15,145 nucleotides of DNA from Candidatus Hydrogenedentota bacterium (GTDB taxonomy: Bacteria > Hydrogenedentota > Hydrogenedentia > Hydrogenedentales > SLHB01). Shown here piece by piece: positions 8,624-14,400 of the stretch. The position numbers and the translations under genes are program-made. The stretch spans positions 1-15,145 of the forward strand of contig JAWXCN010000002.1 in assembly GCA_034408725.1 (NCBI GenBank), read 5' to 3'. The notes under the pieces were generated by a model. It was given only the letters and a program-made list of their open reading frames with translations. It searched no databases and was not told where the DNA came from. Position 1 is the stretch's first letter, and the number at the start of each line of letters is the position of its first letter.

Positions 8624-8919
8624 TAAGGCTCGCGTACCCGCTGATTGACCGTGTACACAAATGCAAGCACTTCCGCCACCGCGCGGTATAGCGCATCGGG
8701 AATTTCGCGGTCGAGATCAAGTACGGAAAGGATCGCCACTAGATCCGGATCTTCGTGAATTGGAATGTCGTTTTGTTTTGCAATCTCGATAATGCGTTCC
8801 GCGAGCAACCGGTTGCCCTTGGCAACGACGCGCGGCGCCGCGTCCGACTCAGTATCGTAATGGAGCGCGACGGCCTTGCGCGCGATCCGATCATTCGTCT
8901 CTTTCATGGACCCGCTCAT
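8623..8919 (-). CDS. FlhB C-terminal-domain-like protein (EscU/YscU/HrcU-family switch protein; YlqH/FlhX type)
   Basis: AVALHYD...APRVVAKG..LAERIIEIAKQNDIPIHEDPDLVAIL..LDLDREIPDALYRAVAEVLAFVY matches the FlhB cytoplasmic C-terminal subdomain. No TM region and no NPTH. ATGA overlap with the upstream gene at 8916-8919. Confidence 0.9.
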   Translation of the reverse strand: MSGSMKETNDRIARKAVALHYDTESDAAPRVVAKGNRLLAERIIEIAKQNDIPIHEDPDLVAILSVLDLDREIPDALYRAVAEVLAFVYTVNQRVREP

Positions 8920-10151
8920 GCCTGTAGATTGATGCCGTTAAACCGGCGCATGAGAGTCGCAAGCTCCTGCACGCGGTTGCCGTCCCACAGTGTCGCATGC
9001 ACGGCCACATTGGGATAGCCGGCTTCGGCAAGATGGCCGACGAGGCCGGCGGAATGGCGTTGAAGCGCGGTAACCGTATTGATCTCCTGCGCGCGCAGCC
9101 AGCACGAGCACGCTCCCGAAGCAACTGTAATTGTGATCCAAAGATCGCCGAGCGCGGATGTCGAAAGATCCAAAACGATCGTCGCGTTCTTCGCATCGAA
9201 CCGCCCGGCCTTTCCTCCCCCATCCCCCATGATGTGAATATGCGCGTTGCTAATCGGACTGTCAGGACGCATGGGCAACTCAAAAAACAGGTACGGCACG
9301 TCCGTACTACGCGCATTTACAAGTTGTGAGGCCACAAACCGCTCGGCCAGGCGTTCAATCGCGCGCGAGAAATCGGCGTGCTGACCCGTTTGCCGCAAAA
9401 ATTCGTTCAAGGAGGCGTTGTCCCGCAGCCGGAGCAAGGCCGTGACCGAGTCTTCATGCAATGACTCCAAAACCGCCTGCATCTCTCCATGCGCAATTGC
9501 TTCCGCGAGACGCGCTGCAAGCGGCGCGCGGGACATCGCCAAACCTCGCTGGTTTACGCCGTCAATGAGGTCTTTAGACGCGGCAAGAGAGCGCAATACC
9601 TTTAACGCCGCGGGAAGTTCTTCCGGAGCGAGCGCGCCATCGTCCGCCGCCTGCTGAAGCAACTGGATGAGTCTTTCGGCGTCTTCTCCATGCTCGCCGC
9701 GATCCAAAAGTATGGTTAGAACGAGGCGCACGGCGACGGCATTGTGCGCGATGCGCGCGGGGATAAGGTGTACCGCATGATCGGCAAGTTCGAGCTTCCC
9801 GAGCGTGCGAAGGGCATCGACAATAAACCCCGGCAACGCGCGCGCGCCCGTTTGGGTTTGAAGGGACTGGGGAGGGTCGTGCGTGGTTGGAGTGCTACCG
9901 GGCATAATGCGAAGCTGCAATCCGTCGCCGGAACGAACGACTTCGGCGCTCACCGCCTGGCCGGCCTGGATGCCTTCGATGCGCTCAACCGGCACCACTA
10001 TATTGCCAAAGCGGATGATCGTCTGTGGTTCGAGAGATTGGACGATGCCCTGCAAGAACTGGCCCGGTTTCAACGCGACGGCCTGTAACGGCTGTGTCAG
10101 AATCGCAGCCGTAATCGGGTTCACATTGCCTATCCCCGTGAAACCTGCCAT
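8916..10151 (-). CDS. Protein with C-terminal FliK (hook-length control)-like domain
   Basis: N-terminal LKPGQFLQGIV beta-rich module, helical middle, and C-terminal YLFFELP...IVLDLSTSALGDLWITITV...L..HLAEAGY...GINLQA, typical of FliK_C-like proteins found directly upstream of FlhB-C-only genes. Confidence 0.65.
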   Translation of the reverse strand: MAGFTGIGNVNPITAAILTQPLQAVALKPGQFLQGIVQSLEPQTIIRFGNIVVPVERIEGIQAGQAVSAEVVRSGDGLQLRIMPGSTPTTHDPPQSLQTQTGARALPGFIVDALRTLGKLELADHAVHLIPARIAHNAVAVRLVLTILLDRGEHGEDAERLIQLLQQAADDGALAPEELPAALKVLRSLAASKDLIDGVNQRGLAMSRAPLAARLAEAIAHGEMQAVLESLHEDSVTALLRLRDNASLNEFLRQTGQHADFSRAIERLAERFVASQLVNARSTDVPYLFFELPMRPDSPISNAHIHIMGDGGGKAGRFDAKNATIVLDLSTSALGDLWITITVASGACSCWLRAQEINTVTALQRHSAGLVGHLAEAGYPNVAVHATLWDGNRVQELATLMRRFNGINLQA

Positions 10152-10174
10152 GAATTATCCAGGCGCCGTGAGTA

Positions 10175-10240
10175 TCATGCGTCCTTGGTTTTGCGCAGGC
10201 TTAATATGAGGCGCACTTCGCCCTTGCCGATCCCGAGTTC
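10175..10240 (-). pseudogene. Orphaned in-frame C-terminal tail (ELGIGKGEVRLILSLRKTKDA*) of the DUF6115-like gene, beyond a premature TAG
   Basis: Minus strand reads ...ATT GCG CAG ATT GCG TAG GAA CTC GGG ATC GGC AAG GGC GAA GTG CGC CTC ATA TTA AGC CTG CGC AAA ACC AAG GAC GCA TGA. Confidence 0.8.
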
Positions 10241-11014
10241 CTACGCAATCTGCGCAATGCTCATCCCGGAATCATTGTATTCATAGACGCGCGCGTGGAC
10301 CGGCGGAATTGGCCGGCCATTGCCATTCGCAGTCCGTAACCGGGCCTCCTTCGATTTCGCGGCAGGCCCCGAGCGCCCCGCGACGTCGGGTGCCATGTCG
10401 AGCAATGCGCGAAACGCATTGCGCGCGGCATCGGCATCGTGCGGCGCCTGGGGTTGGATGTCTGGAACCTCGAACCCGAGTGGGTCCGGTTCATCGCCCG
10501 CGAAGTCAAGACCCACCCAGCCATCGATAATATCGTCAGTGGGTTCCGGCTCGCGCGGCATGGCCAACACACGCAAAACTGGCCGCTCAAATTCTTTAGT
10601 CGCCTCCGGCAACGGATGGGGAGACGGAACAAAAGCGGTTACATTGGCGGGCGCTTGTGGCGTTGCCGCGTGCAGATGCATTTCCGCGGCCTCACGCCGG
10701 ATTTTTTCGAGATCGGATGAGGCCGCCGCGACCGAGTCCCGAAGGGTGGCAAGCTCTCCTCGCGCGGCGCCTACAGTCTGCTTTATGAGTTCCACACGAG
10801 CATCAAAGGCCTTGTTAAAGTCTTGGGCGAGTTTTTTTTGCTGTTCAAGCAAATCACGCATGGTCTGCAATAGAAACATCATGCTGGCAATGTCGTCGCG
10901 TGGGTTTGGACCCGTACCGGAGCGCATGCGCCACACGACAAAACCAAGCAGGAGCAACGCCACAAACGTGAAGCCGATGCTCAAAGCCCAAAATATGTCC
11001 TGTGTCGTGCCCAT
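10241..11014 (-). CDS. Flagellar-operon membrane protein, DUF6115/DUF2802/SwrB-like (N-terminal TM, coiled coil, C-terminal HTH-like motif), interrupted by a TAG; full frame extends to 10175
   Basis: TM IFWALSIGFTFVALLLLGFVVW, predicted coiled coil, Pro/acidic linker, then VYEYNDSGMSIAQIA*ELGIGKGEVRLILSL, matching the 'G.S..EIA..LG.G.GEV.L.L.L' signature. Located downstream of fliA. Confidence 0.75.
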   Translation of the reverse strand: MGTTQDIFWALSIGFTFVALLLLGFVVWRMRSGTGPNPRDDIASMMFLLQTMRDLLEQQKKLAQDFNKAFDARVELIKQTVGAARGELATLRDSVAAASSDLEKIRREAAEMHLHAATPQAPANVTAFVPSPHPLPEATKEFERPVLRVLAMPREPEPTDDIIDGWVGLDFAGDEPDPLGFEVPDIQPQAPHDADAARNAFRALLDMAPDVAGRSGPAAKSKEARLRTANGNGRPIPPVHARVYEYNDSGMSIAQIA

Positions 11015-11042
11015 TTCGTTCGTGCGAAGCCAATCCGCGGCC

Positions 11043-11378
11043 TTATACCGTTACGTCCAGAGTGTGTTGCTCGGAAGCATCGTGAATAACCGCTAATTCT
11101 CCCGCGCCACCGGCATCCGTTGCGTGCTCGGGTGCGTGCCCGGAAGAGTCCGCGCCCCCGCGCGAATCGCGGTCCCCGCCGTGTTGGTCCGTTACGGCGG
11201 GTTGTTGTTCGCTCACCGGCGGCTCCTGCACGCGCGTTTCGGCATCGAGTTGTTCCTGTTGCGCATGTTGCGCATGGCGATGTTGTGCGGCAAGCGACGT
11301 GCGATCCGCGAGCTCCTGAATCCGTTGCACCGTGACAGACCGCGCCAGTTCTGTGTTGATATCCAGTGGCTGGGGCAT
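11043..11378 (-). CDS. Hypothetical small flagellar-operon protein (Gln/His-rich, C-terminal 'HTLDVTV')
   Basis: Fills the gap between fliA and the next gene. The ATG at 11378 overlaps the fliA TGA (GTGATG); an alternative GTG start is at 11381. Helical Gln-rich N-half, acidic disordered linker and a terminal xLDxxV motif, as in several small motility-associated proteins. Confidence 0.7.
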   Translation of the reverse strand: MPQPLDINTELARSVTVQRIQELADRTSLAAQHRHAQHAQQEQLDAETRVQEPPVSEQQPAVTDQHGGDRDSRGGADSSGHAPEHATDAGGAGELAVIHDASEQHTLDVTV

Positions 11379-12145
11379 CACGGTTCTCCGCGCACGGATT
11401 TACGCAACGCTTTCATTGCGGCCGTGTGAACCTGGCAAATGCGCGATTCAGATACGTTTAGCACCGCGCCGATTTCCTTCAGCGTTAACTCTTCGTAGTA
11501 GTACAAGTGTAACACCTTTTGTTGCTGGTCGGGCAACGTCAGGATTGCCTGTACAATTCGCTCCTGTTTCTCGCGCTCATTCAGAGCGGCTTCCGGCGAT
11601 GTCGCGCGTGGGTCTGACGTCATATCAAGTACTCGCGACTGCGCGCTGTCTTCACCGGGCAGGTAGTCCTGCAAGGACAGTACCTGCGCTGTTTGAAGCT
11701 GCGCTACGGTGTCCTCGATATGGTCTATAGTCGTGCCCATGACGCTGGCGATAGCGTCCACCGAAGGCTCTCTCCCCAACTCATGACGCAGTTTGTCGCG
11801 CGCCTCGCCCAGTTTGCGCGCCATCGCGCGCAGACTTCGCGGCGCCCAGTCAAGCGTGCGAATCTGATCGATGATGGCGCCCCGCACGCGAATGGATGCG
11901 TATGTCGAAAATTTGATGTCCTGACGGTGATCGAATTTCTCGACCGCGTCGAGAAGCCCCAGAACGCCCCAGCCCACCAAATCGTCCATCTCGATGCTCG
12001 ATGGAACGTGCATCGCCATGCGGCCGGCAACGTACTTCACGACCCGCATGTTGCGCACGATTAGCTCTTCTCGCGCGGAGTCGTCGGCCCGTTCTTTCCA
12101 ACGCGCCCAAAGGTCTTTGTCGGGAATGGCCGTTAATGCGGTCAC
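11378..12145 (-). CDS. fliA: RNA polymerase sigma factor FliA/WhiG (sigma-28)
   Basis: AREELI..N.RVVKYVAGR, DDLVGWGVLGLLDAVEKFD...KFSTYASIRVRGAIIDQIR.LDWAPRSLR, LGREPS, LYYYEELTLKEIGAVLNVSESRICQVH. In-frame GTG at 12145 (255 aa) is chosen because the ORF-track start at 12259 lies inside fliN. The exact start is uncertain. Confidence 0.95.
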   Translation of the reverse strand: MTALTAIPDKDLWARWKERADDSAREELIVRNMRVVKYVAGRMAMHVPSSIEMDDLVGWGVLGLLDAVEKFDHRQDIKFSTYASIRVRGAIIDQIRTLDWAPRSLRAMARKLGEARDKLRHELGREPSVDAIASVMGTTIDHIEDTVAQLQTAQVLSLQDYLPGEDSAQSRVLDMTSDPRATSPEAALNEREKQERIVQAILTLPDQQQKVLHLYYYEELTLKEIGAVLNVSESRICQVHTAAMKALRKSVRGEP

Positions 12146-12164
12146 GTGTACATTTCGCGCATGT

Positions 12165-13091
12165 TCAGCGCAAACTCTCGATGCGTTCGCGCGTGCTGAT
12201 GATTTCGGTGATGCGCAATCCAAACTTCTCGTCGACGACGACGACGTCGCCGCGCGCAATCAGTTTGTCATTCACGAGCAGCTCGACCGGCTCATCGACC
12301 AGGTGCCCCACCTCGATAATCGATCCCGGGCCCAGTCCAAGGATATCCGCGATGGGCATCTCGACGCGGCCAAGCCGCGCAGTCGCCGTAAGCCGGATAT
12401 CGAGCACCATCTCCATATTTTTGGATTCCGCACGGCGCGCGAACGCGGAATCCCCGGCGGACTCCTGCCCCAAAGCGTTCAGCGCACTTGCCTGCGTCAA
12501 CGCACTTATCTCGTCCTGGCTCATCGATTCAGCCACTTGATTTTCTCCTCGGATTGAAGCGGCGTCGCTGACCGCGTGGGAAAATAAGAATATGCCCGCT
12601 CCATCATGCCCGTCTTCCAGGGAAAACGAAAACTCCGCGGCATAACTGCCGGCACCCAAAAATTGGTGCAGGCCGGCAGCGATGTCGGGTCCGCAGGGCA
12701 GCACTTCCACCTCGCGCAATACGATCTCGATGCCATGCTTTTCCTTGAAATATCCAACGCCACCTCCCAGACAGGGGTCAAACACTTCCTTCAACTCGGC
12801 GGGATCATGTCCCGCGATCGATGAATCGTCCGAGCGTCCACGGCCCAGCGCCGCTGCAACGATACGATTGGCATCGGCCCCGGCCAACGCCACGGCAATG
12901 CTACCCCCCGGCTGCGCGCCTGCGCGAATCAAAGCGTTGAACCGCGCCAGATGCGCCGTCAACTCGGCTACGCCGGACGCCTTCACCCCCGCAACCGCGT
13001 TCGGCACGGGCCGCGCCGTCATCGCCGATATCACATCGAAGAAACCGCTCAGATAACCGCGCGCGAATCTCTCGTGTACTGCCAGGCTCAA
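12165..13091 (-). CDS. fliN: Flagellar motor switch protein FliN with N-terminal CheC/FliY-like extension
   Basis: C-terminal SpoA domain NMEMVLDIRLTATARLGRVEMPIADILGLGPGSIIEVGHLVDEPVELLVNDKLIARGDVVVVDEKFGLRITEI. ~200-aa alpha/beta N-terminal domain. TTG start with GAGGTG SD. Confidence 0.88.
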   Translation of the reverse strand: MSLAVHERFARGYLSGFFDVISAMTARPVPNAVAGVKASGVAELTAHLARFNALIRAGAQPGGSIAVALAGADANRIVAAALGRGRSDDSSIAGHDPAELKEVFDPCLGGGVGYFKEKHGIEIVLREVEVLPCGPDIAAGLHQFLGAGSYAAEFSFSLEDGHDGAGIFLFSHAVSDAASIRGENQVAESMSQDEISALTQASALNALGQESAGDSAFARRAESKNMEMVLDIRLTATARLGRVEMPIADILGLGPGSIIEVGHLVDEPVELLVNDKLIARGDVVVVDEKFGLRITEIISTRERIESLR

Positions 13092-13113
13092 CGATCACCT
13101 CGCTTCGCGTTGC

Positions 13114-14103
13114 TTACTCGTCGGTGATAATGTCGACGATTTGGATCGCGCTTTGCTCGCCCCGCTTGCCACATACCGCCTGAAAACGCGGAATGCCGCC
13201 GATCTCGATCAACATTGTCGTCCGCTGATCCGTATCGAGTTGAACGGTGTCCCCCACCTGTAGCTTGAAGACTTCCGCGAGGGTCAAGGTTGCGCGGCCA
13301 AGGACTGCATCAACATTAACCCGCGCTTTCCGCACGACGCGTTCGAGTTGCAACCGCGTGCGCTCTACCATTTCCGGTGGCATCTTGCGCATGAACCGCG
13401 TCTGTTGCGAAATCTGATCCAGCACGGGGTTGAGCACCATTAGCGGTATACACATGTTCATTGAGCCGACCATATCGCCAATGTGGATTTCATACGCCAC
13501 GAGTATCACCATTTCACTTCCGGCCACGATCTGCACGATCAGCGGATCGCTTTCCTGATGGATAACGGTGAGCTTGAACTCGATGAGTTGCTCCCACGAT
13601 CGGCGCAGGCTATCGAGAATCATCAGCATTACCCGGTGAACAATCCGGTTCTCGATCTCAGTCAGTTCGCGCGCCTTTGCCAGCGTCACGCCCTTCCCGC
13701 CCAGAATTCGGTCCACAATCGGAAACACAATGGCGGGGCTCAACTCGATGACGGCGTTGCCCTCAAGCGGCGCCATGTTGATGATTGAAAGCGATGTGGG
13801 ACGCGCCACCGAAAGAATGAATTCGTCATACGTCAACTGGTCAATTGAAACAAGGTCCGCGCGAACGACCTGCCGGAGAAAGGGCGGCAGCATAATGCTC
13901 AATTCGCGCGCGAACGCCTCAAATAGACTTTGCAGCCCTTTGAGTTGCTCTTTTGACACACGTTCGGGCCGGCGAAAATCGTAGTGAACAAGATCGTGCC
14001 GATCCGGAGGCATCAGGTCTTCGGCTGCGGGGGGCTCGACCTCCCCTTTCGACACCGCACTCAGCAGCAGGTCGACCTCTTCTTGGCTGAGAATATCGGC
14101 CAT
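13114..14103 (-). CDS. fliM: Flagellar motor switch protein FliM
   Basis: MADILSQEEVDLLL (CheY-P binding peptide), YDFRRPERVSKEQL, DQLTYDEFI.S, IVDRILGGKG, RELTEIE, MNMCIP, C-terminal SpoA domain. The ATG at 14103 gives the canonical N-terminus. Confidence 0.96.
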   Translation of the reverse strand: MADILSQEEVDLLLSAVSKGEVEPPAAEDLMPPDRHDLVHYDFRRPERVSKEQLKGLQSLFEAFARELSIMLPPFLRQVVRADLVSIDQLTYDEFILSVARPTSLSIINMAPLEGNAVIELSPAIVFPIVDRILGGKGVTLAKARELTEIENRIVHRVMLMILDSLRRSWEQLIEFKLTVIHQESDPLIVQIVAGSEMVILVAYEIHIGDMVGSMNMCIPLMVLNPVLDQISQQTRFMRKMPPEMVERTRLQLERVVRKARVNVDAVLGRATLTLAEVFKLQVGDTVQLDTDQRTTMLIEIGGIPRFQAVCGKRGEQSAIQIVDIITDE

Positions 14104-14141
14104 GGCGTTGCTTGCATTCCCCACGTGTCGTTGCGAGGCCG

Positions 14142-14170
14142 AGTATAGCATGCGCCCCACGGACAGGCAA
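14142..14170 (-). promoter_or_regulatory. Putative sigma70-type promoter with extended -10, upstream of fliM
   Basis: Minus strand TTGCCT-N17-TATACT with TG-N directly before the -10 (TGCTATACT), 38 nt upstream of the fliM ATG. Confidence 0.55.
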
Positions 14171-14185
14171 GCAATCCCGGCGCCA
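14170..14185 (-). promoter_or_regulatory. Putative sigma54 (-24/-12) promoter upstream of fliM
   Basis: Minus strand TGGCGC-CGGGA-TTGCT matches TGGCAC-N5-TTGCW with one mismatch and correct GG-N10-GC spacing. It points toward fliM. Confidence 0.65.
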
Positions 14186-14339
14186 TAACGTATTTAGTGA
14201 AAACAGGATAGCAATCTCCGTCGATCTCGTGCTTTCTGTTATCTGTTCCCGTCAACCTGTGGGCACTGTCAAGCGTTTCATTGATAGACATGTGAACGAT
14301 GCAAGGAAGCGAGGCTCTCTCCAACTTACTTCTTTGAAC

Positions 14340-14397
14340 AGCGCGTGGGCCGCACCCCTCTCAACCCCATACCCCGGCCCACGCGCTCCTCCTTTTT
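14340..14397. terminator. GC-rich stem-loop (13-bp perfect stem, 22-nt loop); terminator-like
   Basis: AGCGCGTGGGCCG (14340-14352) / CGGCCCACGCGCT (14375-14387), 13 nt after the deacetylase stop. The T-run (14393-14397) is on the + strand side only. Confidence 0.5.
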
Positions 14398-14400
14398 ACG

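Noticed and set aside
10320-11096. 258-aa + strand ORF and other long antisense ORFs over the flagellar genes
   Set aside because: Ser/Ala/Arg-rich antisense frames of well-supported minus-strand genes in GC-rich DNA.
12146-12259. Long N-terminal extension of FliA overlapping fliN
   Set aside because: It would overlap fliN's conserved C-terminus by ~95 nt. A GTG at 12145 gives a normal-sized sigma-28.
14104-14340. Sigma-28 promoter (TAAA-N15-GCCGATAA) upstream of fliM or on the opposite strand
   Set aside because: Only partial CGAT-core matches with poor -35 elements or wrong spacing.
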